A DNA stretch of 62,683 nucleotides, the filler included, from a bacterium (lineage in GTDB: Bacteria > JACRDZ01 > JAQUKH01): NCBI GenBank assembly GCA_028719205.1. It is 3 parts of 3 records of this genome, joined end to end, with 100 filler letters (N's around TTAATTAATTAA, not from the genome) between each part and the next. Parts side by side here need not be neighbours in the genome. Positions count along the whole stretch, not along the records: positions 28,051 to 54,335 come from JAQUKH010000034.1; 2 more parts are not named here. One strand, written 5' to 3'. The notes below the pieces were generated by a model. That model made no database searches, was not told the origin of the DNA, and saw only the letters and a program-made list of their open reading frames with translations. The position numbers and the translations under genes were made by a program. Below, one piece after another: positions 38,689-49,489 of this stretch (its first letter is position 1; every line of letters starts with the position of its first letter).

Positions 38689-39895
38689 AAACAATATGCA
38701 TATATTAACTGTTAACAGAGGGTCTTCCAGTCTTAAATTTACCCTGTTCGATATGCGTGATGTAGGGGCTCCGCGTGCGGAGCCCCTGCTAAGCGGAAGC
38801 ATCGAAAGATTAGGTTCAGCTTCTGCGGCTTTTCAGATAAAAGATAATGCGGGTAAAAGCGTATTAGACCAGAATTTAATAAACAAAAATTCCCCCCAAA
38901 CCATTCAGATATTTCTGGATTGGATAAAAAAATATTTTTCAAATTATAAACTGGCCGCGGTCGGCCACAGGATCGTGCATGGAGGTTCAAAACTAAATAA
39001 ACCTTGCATTATCACACCTGAAATCCTTGATTATTTAAACAGCCTGATCCCTTTCGCGACGGAGCATTTGCCTGTTGAAATAGAAGTTATTAACGCCTTC
39101 AAGAATACATTTCCCGATATTTTACAAATTGCCTGTTTTGATACTGCCTTTCATTGTGATAAGCCCGATATCGCGAAGATGACACCTTTGCCGAGGGAAC
39201 TCTCAAAAGAGGGTGTTATCAGATATGGGTTTCACGGATTGTCTTATGAATATATTATGAGTGAATTAAAAAATATGACAGGAGAAAAAACTGCAAACAG
39301 CCGTGTAGTTATCGCTCATCTTGGAAATGGATCGAGTATGTCCGCGGTTAAAAACAGCAGATGCGTTGAAACAACCATGGGTTTTACCCCGACGGGAGGC
39401 CTTATGATGGGAACCCGGTGCGGCGATATTGACCCCGGCCTTATATTTTATCTCCTGGAACAAAAATCAATGCCGGTTTCTGAAGTTAAAAATATTTCAA
39501 TTAAAAGATCCGGGCTTCTGGGTGTATCTGAAATCAGTTCGGATGTGGAAACTCTTTTAAAAAGCGAGGAGAAAAATCCTTTTGCCGGAGAGGCAATTAA
39601 CCTTTATTGTTACACCGCGAAAAAATTCATTGGTTCACTTGCTTCGGTTTTGAACGGTATTGATATATTGATCTTTACCGCGGGTATCGGGGAAAACGCG
39701 CCTTCAATACGCGAAAGAATATGTAAAAATATGGAGTATCTGGGGATTGAAATTGACCTGGAGAAAAATAATAATAATGAGGCCGTTATATCTAAAGAAA
39801 AAAGCAAAGCTACAGTTCGTGTTATGAAAACAAACGAAGCGCTGATGATAGCGAGGCATACAACAAATATGCTGACAAAATATCATGGAGGCTAA
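38681..39895 (+). CDS. ackA: Acetate kinase
   Basis: [54 protein letters not shown]. Confidence 0.94.
   Translation: MPENNMHILTVNRGSSSLKFTLFDMRDVGAPRAEPLLSGSIERLGSASAAFQIKDNAGKSVLDQNLINKNSPQTIQIFLDWIKKYFSNYKLAAVGHRIVHGGSKLNKPCIITPEILDYLNSLIPFATEHLPVEIEVINAFKNTFPDILQIACFDTAFHCDKPDIAKMTPLPRELSKEGVIRYGFHGLSYEYIMSELKNMTGEKTANSRVVIAHLGNGSSMSAVKNSRCVETTMGFTPTGGLMMGTRCGDIDPGLIFYLLEQKSMPVSEVKNISIKRSGLLGVSEISSDVETLLKSEEKNPFAGEAINLYCYTAKKFIGSLASVLNGIDILIFTAGIGENAPSIRERICKNMEYLGIEIDLEKNNNNEAVISKEKSKATVRVMKTNEALMIARHTTNMLTKYHGG
38762..38789. repeat. GTAG-type REP-like palindrome inside ackA
   Basis: GTAGGGGCTCCGC-GT-GCGGAGCCCCTGC, read in frame as VGAPRAEPL. Confidence 0.7.
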
Positions 39896-42260
39896 TGGTA
39901 TGGGAATATTATCAAAAGACGAATTAAAAAAGATCAATATGTATTGGCAGGCGGCTAATTATCTTTCGGTCGGTCAGATTTATTTACTGGACAATCCTTT
40001 GTTAAAAAAGCCTTTAACGATAGAACATATTAAACCGCGGCTTCTTGGTCATTGGGGAACTACTCCCGGGCTTAATTTTATTTACGCGCATTTGAACAGG
40101 ATAATAAAAAAACGTGATCTGAATATTATTTATATAACAGGCCCCGGGCACGGCGGGCCCGGGCTAGTGGCAAATACTTACCTTGAGGGAACATACAGCG
40201 AGGTTTATCCAAATATTTCGAGGGATGAAGAGGGGATGAAAAAATTGTTCAGGCAATTTTCTTTTCCCGGCGGGATTCCGAGCCATACAGGGCCCGAAAC
40301 CCCTGGATCAATTCATGAGGGCGGGGAGCTTGGTTATTCTGTTTCGCACGCGTTCGGCGCTGTTTTTGATAATCCGGATCTGATAGCGGCCTGCGTGGTA
40401 GGCGACGGTGAAGCGGAAACAGGGCCGCTTGCCGCGGCATGGCATTCCAATAAATTTTTGAATCCTGTCTCTGATGGTGCGGTTCTTCCGATCCTTCATC
40501 TGAATGGATATAAAATTTCCAATCCGACTATATTAGCCAGAATAAGCCATGAGGAATTAAAATGCCTTTTTTCAGGCTATGGTTATAAACCGTATTTTGT
40601 GGAGGGGTCTGACCCTGAAGCCATGCACCGGTTAATGGCGGAAACTTTGGATAAAATTTTTAATGAAATCAAATCTCTTCAGGATGAAGCAAGAAAAGAA
40701 AGTTTGCCTAAACGCCCATTATGGCCAATGATCGTATTGCGCACGCCAAAAGGCTGGACATGTCCCAAAGAGATTGATGGATTAAAAGCCGAAGGCTCAT
40801 GGCGTTCGCATCAGGTGCCTCTTTCTGAAATGGCTGAAAAACCGGAACATATAAAGATCCTTGAAGGCTGGATGAAAAGCTATAAACCTGAGAATCTTTT
40901 TGATAAGAAGGGAAAGTTAATCGATGAGTTAGCCGAATTGCCGCCTGAAGGAAACCGCCGTATGGGATCTAATCCGCATGCTAACGGAGGAGCGATCTTA
41001 AAAGATCTGAAGATGCCGAATTTTATTAAATATGCTGTTTCTGTTCCAAACCCCGGAGAAACTGTTGCCTCGGCTACACATGTTATGGGAGAGTTTTTGC
41101 GTGATGTAATGAAACTTAATATGGATAACCGTAATTTCAGGGTAATGGGGCCTGACGAAACAGAATCAAACCGGTTGGGCGCGCTGTTTGAAATAACCAA
41201 AAGGACCTGGTTAGGCGATACTGTTCCCGGAGATGATCATCTTTCACCTGACGGGCGGGTGATGGAGATCTTAAGCGAGCATACCTGCCAGGGATGGCTG
41301 GAGGGATATCTGCTTACAGGCAGGCACGGATTTTTTTCGTGTTATGAAGCCTTTATTCATATTATTGATTCAATGTTTAACCAGTACGCGAAATGGCTTA
41401 AAGTAACAGGAAAAGAGATTCCGTGGCGCCGCCCGATAGCCTCTTTGAATTATTTATTAACGTCTCATGTCTGGAGGCAGGATCATAACGGGTTCAGCCA
41501 TCAGGATCCGGGATTTATTGATCATGTAGTGAATAAAAAAGCCGATATAATCAGGGTTTATTTCCCGCCGGACGCTAATTGCCTTCTTTCCGTGACAAAC
41601 CATTGTTTACAAAGCCGAAATTATATAAATGTTATCGTGGCCGGTAAGCATCCCCAGCCTCAATGGCTTAATATGGATGCCGCGGTTAAACACTGCTCTT
41701 ACGGGATCGGGATCTGGGAATGGGCCAGCAATGATAAAGGCTCTGAACCGGATGTTGTAATGGCTTGCGCCGGCGATGTCCCGGCAATAGAGACACTTGC
41801 CGCGGCGGATATCTTAAGGAACCTCGCGCTGGATTTGAAAGTACGGGTGATCAATGTAGTTGACCTGATGACGCTTCAGGATAAAGATGAACATCCTCAC
41901 GGCATTTCACATAAAGAATTTGATCTTTTGTTTACTTTGGATAAACCGATAATATTCGCGTATCACGGTTATCCGTGGCTGATCCACCGGCTGACATACA
42001 GGCGGGCCAATCATAAAAATCTTCATGTTCGGGGTTATAAGGAAGAGGGAACAACAACAACCCCTTTTGATATGCTGGTGCGTAATGAAATGGACCGGTT
42101 CCATCTGGTAATGGATGTTTTTGACCGTGTTGAAAAACTGGAGTATTTAGCGGCGCATATTAAACAGGCCATGCGTAACAAACTTGTCGAGCATGAGGAA
42201 TATATTAAAAAATACGGGCAGGATATGCCTGAGATACGGAATTGGACGTGGAAAAACTAA
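39885..42260 (+). CDS. xfp: Phosphoketolase (XFP family; start may be ATG 39900)
   Basis: [46 protein letters not shown]. Confidence 0.96.
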   Translation: MEANGMGILSKDELKKINMYWQAANYLSVGQIYLLDNPLLKKPLTIEHIKPRLLGHWGTTPGLNFIYAHLNRIIKKRDLNIIYITGPGHGGPGLVANTYLEGTYSEVYPNISRDEEGMKKLFRQFSFPGGIPSHTGPETPGSIHEGGELGYSVSHAFGAVFDNPDLIAACVVGDGEAETGPLAAAWHSNKFLNPVSDGAVLPILHLNGYKISNPTILARISHEELKCLFSGYGYKPYFVEGSDPEAMHRLMAETLDKIFNEIKSLQDEARKESLPKRPLWPMIVLRTPKGWTCPKEIDGLKAEGSWRSHQVPLSEMAEKPEHIKILEGWMKSYKPENLFDKKGKLIDELAELPPEGNRRMGSNPHANGGAILKDLKMPNFIKYAVSVPNPGETVASATHVMGEFLRDVMKLNMDNRNFRVMGPDETESNRLGALFEITKRTWLGDTVPGDDHLSPDGRVMEILSEHTCQGWLEGYLLTGRHGFFSCYEAFIHIIDSMFNQYAKWLKVTGKEIPWRRPIASLNYLLTSHVWRQDHNGFSHQDPGFIDHVVNKKADIIRVYFPPDANCLLSVTNHCLQSRNYINVIVAGKHPQPQWLNMDAAVKHCSYGIGIWEWASNDKGSEPDVVMACAGDVPAIETLAAADILRNLALDLKVRVINVVDLMTLQDKDEHPHGISHKEFDLLFTLDKPIIFAYHGYPWLIHRLTYRRANHKNLHVRGYKEEGTTTTPFDMLVRNEMDRFHLVMDVFDRVEKLEYLAAHIKQAMRNKLVEHEEYIKKYGQDMPEIRNWTWKN

Positions 42261-42268
42261 TGAGGTTT

Positions 42269-42363
42269 AATTAATTGCAAAATCTCTTTTTGCTTACCTG
42301 CCTGCCGGCAGGCAGGAACCCAAAGCGTTTCTATAGACGCAAAAAAAGATCTTGCAATTAATT
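42269..42363. repeat. 95-nt element with 25-nt terminal inverted repeats enclosing a perfect 20-nt palindrome (42297-42316)
   Basis: AATTAATTGCAAAATCTCTTTTTGC ... GCAAAAAAAGATCTTGCAATTAATT; inner CCTGCCTGCCGGCAGGCAGG. Confidence 0.75.
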
Positions 42364-42392
42364 TTATAAAATTGAAAAACAAGGGGAAAAAC

Positions 42393-42998
42393 ATGGCAGA
42401 CACTGAACAGAGGCTGCGCGATATTAATGAGGTTTCGATCGCGATCGACACCTGGGATGATATTTTTTCCGATTTTGACCCGAGGCCTTTAAATGAACGG
42501 GAGTTGTCGGAAGATTTTATCTCTGAACTTAAAAAACGGTACAGGGAAACGCAGGCGGGAAATATTATTGTTTCGATCTATGAACCTATTTCCCTGAAAG
42601 ACGGCAACGCGGAAAAAATGGTAGTACACAGGATAAAAAAGTTTTTTAAATATCAATACCTGCAGGGACTAAAAGATATCAGGCGTATCAGGGTCAGGGG
42701 AGGGATCTTTCTTTTCGCGGGTATTTCTTCATTAACTATTTTGACCTTAGTTAATCATTATAATATTTTGATTACAAAACTCGCGAATGAGATCCTCGGC
42801 ATCGCCCTGATGCCTTTAGGCTGGTTCGGCATATGGGAGGGTTTTTCAAAACTCGTGGATACCTCCCCGAAAGTTTTTCAGGATAATGAGCTTTTCGACA
42901 AGCTGTCAAAAGCCGAGTTTCGTTTCATTTATATTGAAAACGGAACCATCAAAGAAGAAAATAAAATTTCTGCGAAAGAAGAAAATAAATTAATATAA
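42393..42998 (+). CDS. Hypothetical two-TM membrane protein
   Basis: DIFSDFDPRP..RELSEDF, GWFGIWEG; AGGGG RBS before ATG 42393. Confidence 0.75.
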   Translation: MADTEQRLRDINEVSIAIDTWDDIFSDFDPRPLNERELSEDFISELKKRYRETQAGNIIVSIYEPISLKDGNAEKMVVHRIKKFFKYQYLQGLKDIRRIRVRGGIFLFAGISSLTILTLVNHYNILITKLANEILGIALMPLGWFGIWEGFSKLVDTSPKVFQDNELFDKLSKAEFRFIYIENGTIKEENKISAKEENKLI

Positions 42999-44603
42999 TT
43001 CTTTCAGCTGTTCCTTGATATCTTTATTTAACAGGTATTCGTCAAACGTTGTGTCCGCGCGGTCGATAAAACCTTTCGGCGTGATCTCGATTATGCGGTT
43101 CGCTACGGTCTGCACCAGCTGATGGTCATGCGAGGAAAAAAGAAGGGTTCCTTTGAACCGTTCTAGGCCCTTGTTTAAAGACGCGATCGATTCAAGGTCC
43201 AGATGGTTGTTCGGTTCATCCATAAGCATTACATTGGGCAGGGAAAGCATCATGCGGGCGAACATGCATCTGACTTTCTCGCCGCCTGATAAGACCTTAA
43301 CCGGTTTTAGTGATTCTTCTCCTGAAAAAAGCATACGGCCTAAAAATCCGCGGATAAAACTTTCATCGGTGCTTTTTGTATACTGGCGAAGCCAGTCAAT
43401 AATATTAAGTTCCACATCAAAATATTTCGCGTTATCTTTGGGATAATATGCCTGTTTTGTTGAAACACCCCATTTAAAACTGCCGCTGTCCGGGCTAATT
43501 TCGCCCGAGAGTATCTGAAACAGGGTGGTTTTTACAAGGTCGTTAGGGCCGACAAAGGCGATTTTATCACCCTTGTTAACCTTGAGCCTGAAGTCCTTGA
43601 ACATAACCTGCCCGTCGAGCGATTTGGACAGTTCCTCGATATCTAAAATATTATTTCCGGCCTCGCGTTCCTGTTCAAAATTGATATACGGGTATTTTCG
43701 TGAAGAAGGGCTGATATCGTCAAGGGTAAGTTTTTCCAAAACCTTTTTACGGCTGGTTGCCTGCCTTGATTTAGAGGCGTTGGCGCTGAACCTGGCTATA
43801 AATTCCTGCAGTTCTTTCCGTTTATCTTCGATTTTTTTATTGGATTCACTGCGCTGTCTTAACGCCATCTGGCTTGATTCAAACCAGAAATCAAAATTAC
43901 CGGAATATAATTTTATCTTGCCGAAATCAATATCCGCAATATGCGTACAGACTTTATTTAAAAAATGCCGGTCATGTGAAACGATGATAGCGGTATTTTC
44001 AAAATTACATAAAAATTCTTCAAGCCACATGGCGGTTTCAATATCAAGATGGTTAGTAGGCTCATCAAGCAGTAAAACATCCGGGTTACCGAATAACGCC
44101 TGGGCTAAAAGCACGCGCATCTTTTGTCCCGCCTCAAGCTGTTTCATCTGCATTGTATGAAGTTCCACAGGGATATCCAGTTCGCTTAAAAGCTTAGCCG
44201 CGTCGGATTCAGCGGACCAGCCGTCCTGCTCGTTAAACTCTTCTTCAAGTTCTGAAGCCCGGAATCCGTCAGCGTCGGTAAAATCAGGTTTAGCGTATAT
44301 CGCGTCTTTTTCCGTTATAATATCAAAAAGCCTTTTATGGCCCATAATAACCGTAGTTAAAACCGTGTATTCATCAAAGGCAAACTGGTCCTGCTTTAAA
44401 TATGATATCCGTTTGCCCGGGGGCAGCACAATATCTCCCGCGGTAGAATCTATTTCGCCGGAAAGGATCTTTAAAAAAGTGGATTTTCCTGAACCGTTAG
44501 CGCCGATAAGCCCGTAACAGTTCCCGGGCGTGAAAATAATGCTTACATCCGAAAATAGTTTGCGCTGGCCGTAATGCAGGGATACTTTGTTAACTGAAAT
44601 CAT
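42990..44603 (-). CDS. ABC-F ATPase, YbiT/YkpA-like (start taken at ATG 44603)
   Basis: GNCYGLIGANGSGKST, FSANASKSRQATSR, LSGGEKVRC. Confidence 0.92.
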   Translation of the reverse strand: MISVNKVSLHYGQRKLFSDVSIIFTPGNCYGLIGANGSGKSTFLKILSGEIDSTAGDIVLPPGKRISYLKQDQFAFDEYTVLTTVIMGHKRLFDIITEKDAIYAKPDFTDADGFRASELEEEFNEQDGWSAESDAAKLLSELDIPVELHTMQMKQLEAGQKMRVLLAQALFGNPDVLLLDEPTNHLDIETAMWLEEFLCNFENTAIIVSHDRHFLNKVCTHIADIDFGKIKLYSGNFDFWFESSQMALRQRSESNKKIEDKRKELQEFIARFSANASKSRQATSRKKVLEKLTLDDISPSSRKYPYINFEQEREAGNNILDIEELSKSLDGQVMFKDFRLKVNKGDKIAFVGPNDLVKTTLFQILSGEISPDSGSFKWGVSTKQAYYPKDNAKYFDVELNIIDWLRQYTKSTDESFIRGFLGRMLFSGEESLKPVKVLSGGEKVRCMFARMMLSLPNVMLMDEPNNHLDLESIASLNKGLERFKGTLLFSSHDHQLVQTVANRIIEITPKGFIDRADTTFDEYLLNKDIKEQLKELY

Positions 44604-44686
44604 TAGTAAATGCCTTTCTATTTTTGCTAAAAAGCAAATATTATACACTATTTTGCTGTTTTGTCAACACGATTACGGATGACTTA

Positions 44687-47041
44687 TCATTCGATCATCC
44701 TTATTTTCAACGCCTTCTGGATATCAAGGTTGAACAGGTATTTTAATCCGGGGATGATGCTTAAAGGCCCGAGGATCATCAGAGGGATTACGGCTTTCAT
44801 AAAATCTGAAACATAAAAGAAATTTTCAATATCAAACCACGCGTTACTCATAACATGATTAAGATATACTGAAACGCTAATAGCCAAAGGAATGGAAACG
44901 ATCCCTCCCAATACCGTTAAAATAAGCGCCTCCGTAAAAACGCTGACAGAGATATGCCGGTTATCATAACCAATGGATTTTAATGTCGCGTATTCTCCCT
45001 CACGCTCCATAATTCCCATATTGGAGCTTGTAAAAATAAAAAGAATAGCGACAAAAACGCTGACAGCTATCGCGACATTTACTATTCCTGTAATTTCTCT
45101 TATGAATTTAATAAAATCCGTAACAAGAGTTTCTCTTTTTGTGATCTTGCCGATAAAACCGAATTCATGGATCTTTTTCATCAGCGCGTCGGGAACAGGC
45201 TGAATAGAATCGATCATTATTCCGCTTGCCTCATCGGGAAACTCAAGTATCTCCCTCGCCCGGTAAAAATCGATCACCGATTCTCTCTGGCTCACATCGG
45301 ATTTAATGCCGCAGACTGTAAACGGATAAATTTTCTTGTGGACCTTCAGTTCTACCGCGTCTCCAACTTTTAATTTAAGTTTTCTGGCAAGGTCATTGTT
45401 AATAATTATCTCATCTTTTTTTTCCACGTTTCTTCCTTCAACTATCGGAAAAACCTGAACCTTCGACGGGAACACTATCGCGAATAATCCCGTCCCTTCA
45501 AAATTCCCGCCTTTACCCAGTTCCGCGTAATACCTGAAATACGGCTCAATTTCTTTGATGCCTTCAATTTTTTTTATTTCCTCATAATCCTCAAAATAAA
45601 CGGGATAAAGAAAGTCCACTACCATCGTCCATTTCTGGCGGTCAAACCGCTTTTTGATCGTTGTTTCAAGCGATGACATGCTGATCATATAGGAGACAGC
45701 GACCCCGATAGAAAGCCCTATGGAAAAAACAGAGGCTGTGGAAAGATATTTTTTTCTTAAAATATTCCTTATTCCTAATCGCAAACCTATGGAAAGCTTT
45801 GAAGTAGCAATAAAGATAAATTTAAAAAATGATCTGTTTAATGATGAGCTGTTTTTTATCACCGGATGCATAATATCGTGCGGGTTGAGTTTCAAAAGCC
45901 CCCATACTGGAATAAGCGAGGCTATTATGCTTGTTGAGAATCCGAATAATATTCCTTTAATGATACTCGAGATAAATATCCTGTTGAAAACAAATATCAG
46001 CCCGTGAGCGCTTCCATAAATGGAGGTAAAGGTATTTCTCATAATTATGGCGAAAGGGATCCCGAGAATGATCCCGAAGCATCCCAGGATGATACCTCCC
46101 AGAAAATAAGAAAAAATAATTTTTTTAGGATGATACCCGATAGCAAGAACCGCTCCGATCTCTTTACGTTCATGGATTATCAATCTGCTGAAATTAATAA
46201 GCGCGATAATAAAAGATAATGAGCCGAGAACAATAACTATCGCCGGCACATAAACTTTAAAAGCGAGCAGGTCCAGTTCAAGATATTTATAGGCAAAATG
46301 GTCTTTAAACGGAATAACCTTTTCAATATTTATTCCGCTAAGACGGGCTAAAATATTTTTTTCCATTTTCTTATGGTTAATGCCGGGTTTGAATTTAATA
46401 ATAAGGTCATTAACCATAGTAAATCCCAGGCTCTCGCTTACTCGGGAAAGCGAGGTAAAAAGGACGCCGACCGACCCTTTTTCCGGCAGAAAATATTCAG
46501 GATTAGCCGTGATCGTAACGTATTCCGGGCCGACACCGAAGCCCACGATCTTATTTTCATATTCCTTCTCGCCGACCTTGACCTTCACGGTATCGCCCGG
46601 TTTAAAGCCGTAAAAATCCCTGAGGGTTTTCTCGGCAACAACTTCATTAAGGTCTTTGCCGTTAATTCCTCTTCCCTCCAGCAAATGTATCTTATCGATC
46701 GCCGGGTCATGCGTATCCAGAAAGACCATACGCGCGACGATCTTTTTATCACCCGGCAGAGACATTATCCCCGGGAAGATCAGCCTTTTTTCCACTTTGT
46801 CTATACCCTGAATATCTGAAAGGTCCGGCAGGTTATGAATATCCTCAGGAATAAATTGAATTTCGAGATCCGCGAAATTAAGGTCGCTGAATATCTTATC
46901 GCGGGTGTAATAAAGGCTGTTCAAAGCCATATCCACGCCGCTGTAGATCCCTATCCCGCAGGCGATAGTAAGGGCGATGCTCACGGCATGCAGTTTCATC
47001 TGCCAGAGATTACGAAAGATCTTGAGGTTGATTTTCTTCAT
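44687..47041 (-). CDS. ABC exporter permease, duplicated MacB-PCD/FtsX architecture
   Basis: Two repeats with ERKEIGAVLAIGY and EREGEYATLKSIGY. Confidence 0.9.
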   Translation of the reverse strand: MKKINLKIFRNLWQMKLHAVSIALTIACGIGIYSGVDMALNSLYYTRDKIFSDLNFADLEIQFIPEDIHNLPDLSDIQGIDKVEKRLIFPGIMSLPGDKKIVARMVFLDTHDPAIDKIHLLEGRGINGKDLNEVVAEKTLRDFYGFKPGDTVKVKVGEKEYENKIVGFGVGPEYVTITANPEYFLPEKGSVGVLFTSLSRVSESLGFTMVNDLIIKFKPGINHKKMEKNILARLSGINIEKVIPFKDHFAYKYLELDLLAFKVYVPAIVIVLGSLSFIIALINFSRLIIHERKEIGAVLAIGYHPKKIIFSYFLGGIILGCFGIILGIPFAIIMRNTFTSIYGSAHGLIFVFNRIFISSIIKGILFGFSTSIIASLIPVWGLLKLNPHDIMHPVIKNSSSLNRSFFKFIFIATSKLSIGLRLGIRNILRKKYLSTASVFSIGLSIGVAVSYMISMSSLETTIKKRFDRQKWTMVVDFLYPVYFEDYEEIKKIEGIKEIEPYFRYYAELGKGGNFEGTGLFAIVFPSKVQVFPIVEGRNVEKKDEIIINNDLARKLKLKVGDAVELKVHKKIYPFTVCGIKSDVSQRESVIDFYRAREILEFPDEASGIMIDSIQPVPDALMKKIHEFGFIGKITKRETLVTDFIKFIREITGIVNVAIAVSVFVAILFIFTSSNMGIMEREGEYATLKSIGYDNRHISVSVFTEALILTVLGGIVSIPLAISVSVYLNHVMSNAWFDIENFFYVSDFMKAVIPLMILGPLSIIPGLKYLFNLDIQKALKIRMIE

Positions 47042-47056
47042 GCGTTTTCCATAAAA

Positions 47057-47614
47057 CTATTTAACAATTTCTATTTTAATATCACCCCGCTCTTTTATTT
47101 GAGATTCCAGTTTTTTGTGATCAATATTTTTGAGATATATCTTCAGGTCTTCCCACATTTTATTAAAACTAATTTTAGGCAATTCCTTTAAGGCTTCAGT
47201 GTACGGCCAATTTTGAACATACACTCTATATATTGCCACCGCTGTTCCGGTTCTGTCTAATCCGTGCTGGCAATGGACAAATACCGGCTGGTTATTCGGA
47301 TCAGTTACAACTTTTAAAAAAGTTACGACATCTTTATCATTCAGTTCCCAGGGATTAATAGGAATATTAATATATTGAAAGCCTAAGCCCTTGATCATTT
47401 CAACATCAGAATAATTATCCCTTAAATTAATAATTGTTTTAACTCCAATTTCCTTAAGCGCTGCAAAGCCCTTCGCGTCAGGTTGAGCGCCCCGCAGAAG
47501 AGAGTCTGTAACCTGATAAACATTTGCTAAAGGATCTGTTTGTTCAACCGCGAAAACAGGAAAAGATAATAAATTTAAAACAATAAAAAGATTGATGATC
47601 TGCTTTTTAAACAT
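47057..47614 (-). CDS. Exported Cys-based (PTP/DSP-like) phosphatase
   Basis: Signal peptide (VFA), RGAQP, INLR, VHCQHGLDRTG. Confidence 0.88.
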   Translation of the reverse strand: MFKKQIINLFIVLNLLSFPVFAVEQTDPLANVYQVTDSLLRGAQPDAKGFAALKEIGVKTIINLRDNYSDVEMIKGLGFQYINIPINPWELNDKDVVTFLKVVTDPNNQPVFVHCQHGLDRTGTAVAIYRVYVQNWPYTEALKELPKISFNKMWEDLKIYLKNIDHKKLESQIKERGDIKIEIVK

Positions 47615-47646
47615 GATTTCTCCCGGTATTGTTAGGAAATCCCGCT

Positions 47647-48327
47647 TTATTTTTTCTCTGTAACTTTTCCATCCTCTATATGTACCACGCGGTCCGCGAT
47701 CTCGCCGATTTTGGGATTATGCGTAACAATGATAAGCGTTGTGTTAAAATTTTTATTCAGATCTTTTAGCGTGGATATTATTTTTTCTCCGGTGTGAATA
47801 TCCAGGTTCCCGGTCGGCTCATCCGCAAGGATCAATTTAGGCTTTTTTGCGAGTGCCCGGGCAATCGCCACCCTCTGTTGTTCCCCGCCGGAAAGCTGAG
47901 AAGGAAACTTATTTTTCTTATCTGAGAGTCCGACTATGCCTAAATATTCCTTAGCGGCTGTTTTGATTTCATCCCGGCTCCACGGCAGGATCTCAAGGCC
48001 GGCTTCAATATTTTCTTCCGCGGTTAAGGTAGGCAGTAAATTATAGAACTGAAAAATAAACCCGACCTTATCTCTCCTGAAATAAGTCAATTCATCCCTG
48101 TCAAGTCTGGTCAACTCGGTTCCGTCTACTGTGATTTTTCCGGAGTTTGGAGAATCCAGCCCGCCGATAAGATTGAGGAGGGTAGTTTTCCCGCTTCCCG
48201 AAACTCCTAAAATAACTACTAACTCACCTTCATTCGCTGAAAAATTCGCGCCATTAATAACGTCCGACCTGACCTCATCAACAGAATAATATTTACTGAT
48301 ATTTTCGATCCGTATAATTTCTTTCAT
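47647..48327 (-). CDS. ABC exporter ATP-binding protein (LolD/MacB-like)
   Basis: [41 protein letters not shown]. Confidence 0.94.
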   Translation of the reverse strand: MKEIIRIENISKYYSVDEVRSDVINGANFSANEGELVVILGVSGSGKTTLLNLIGGLDSPNSGKITVDGTELTRLDRDELTYFRRDKVGFIFQFYNLLPTLTAEENIEAGLEILPWSRDEIKTAAKEYLGIVGLSDKKNKFPSQLSGGEQQRVAIARALAKKPKLILADEPTGNLDIHTGEKIISTLKDLNKNFNTTLIIVTHNPKIGEIADRVVHIEDGKVTEKK

Positions 48328-49379
48328 AAATTCATTAACTCTTTTGTCTGTCCCAGCAGAGCGAACACATATTCCGCTTCTTTCTCGGTCTTTGAGCCTA
48401 ATCCGCAGCTTGGCGTAAAAATCGTATTTTTAAGCAGCAGATCCTTATCAATTCCCTGCGCTGTTAATATTTTTACGCATTCCTGGAATTTATTTTTCAG
48501 GTCATTTATTTTAACCTTAAGTTCCATCGCGTTCGTTGGAACGATCCCCCAGGCGATAATGCCTCCTTTTTTCAAGAATGTTTTTAGCTGATCAGGGTAA
48601 AGCGCGAACTTTTCCGCGTAATTCCAGGCATCAAAATTCACGATATCCACTCCCGATTCAAACAGCATCGGCCAGTCCGTGTTGCCGCAGCAATGTATTC
48701 CTGTCAAAGCCTTCGATTTTACTTTTACAATATTAAAAGTCTCTTCAAGAAGGGAAATAACCCTGTCTTTTGTCAACGGGCAAAAAGCTGAACCGAAAGA
48801 AGAAAGATACGGCTCGTCAAAAAATATAATTATATCCTTATTGAATTTCTTTTTTAATAAATTTGCCTGCCACACAGCCTTCATCGCTAAAACCTTCGCG
48901 ATAGCCTCAAGCATTGCTTCATCATATAATAAAGACTTATCAAAACTATCCACAGCGGAAAACGCGAAAGTAAACGGGCCTGTAACATGGCCTTTAACCA
49001 TCAAGGCCTTATCTGAATCTTCTTTAGGTATTTTATCCAAAAAATAATACAAACCGCTTGCCCGTTCCTTAGTTATCTTAAAATGCTCTATATCACCTTC
49101 AATGAATTTTTCATACATTTTAGTTAACGCTTCCTCTTTATCCTTTTTTGGATCAAGAATAAGCTTATCTTTCTTAGGATCATGGATAACAGCCGGCATC
49201 GCGTCCAGATACTGGAATATCATATCTTCTTTTTTGTCTTTTTTCGTAAGTTGCGGCCAGAACGGTATTTCCGGAATTGACGAAAATATCAGGTCAACCG
49301 CTTTTTTAGGTTCCGAATATGGCAGGCTCCCGATCCCTGTCGCCAATCCGCTTATAGAAATTTTCTTATCAGATTTCAT
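48324..49379 (-). CDS. Core (folate-independent, MetE C-terminal-like) methionine synthase
   Basis: ATGIGSLP, PFWPQL, KGHVTGPF, FDEP, GIHCCG, TPSCGLG; 351 aa single barrel. Confidence 0.75.
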   Translation of the reverse strand: MKSDKKISISGLATGIGSLPYSEPKKAVDLIFSSIPEIPFWPQLTKKDKKEDMIFQYLDAMPAVIHDPKKDKLILDPKKDKEEALTKMYEKFIEGDIEHFKITKERASGLYYFLDKIPKEDSDKALMVKGHVTGPFTFAFSAVDSFDKSLLYDEAMLEAIAKVLAMKAVWQANLLKKKFNKDIIIFFDEPYLSSFGSAFCPLTKDRVISLLEETFNIVKVKSKALTGIHCCGNTDWPMLFESGVDIVNFDAWNYAEKFALYPDQLKTFLKKGGIIAWGIVPTNAMELKVKINDLKNKFQECVKILTAQGIDKDLLLKNTIFTPSCGLGSKTEKEAEYVFALLGQTKELMNL

Positions 49380-49431
49380 TTTTCTCCTTGCTTGTTTTGT
49401 ATAGATATTTTAGGAGTAAAAAACTAAATAG

Positions 49432-49459
49432 TCAAGAAAAATAGGCATACAGTCGATAT
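49432..49459 (+). promoter_or_regulatory. Sigma28-like promoter
   Basis: TCAA-N16-GTCGATAT about 30 nt before the ATG at 49490. Confidence 0.45.
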
Positions 49460-49489
49460 ATATTTTGTCACTAAAATCCGGAGGAAACT

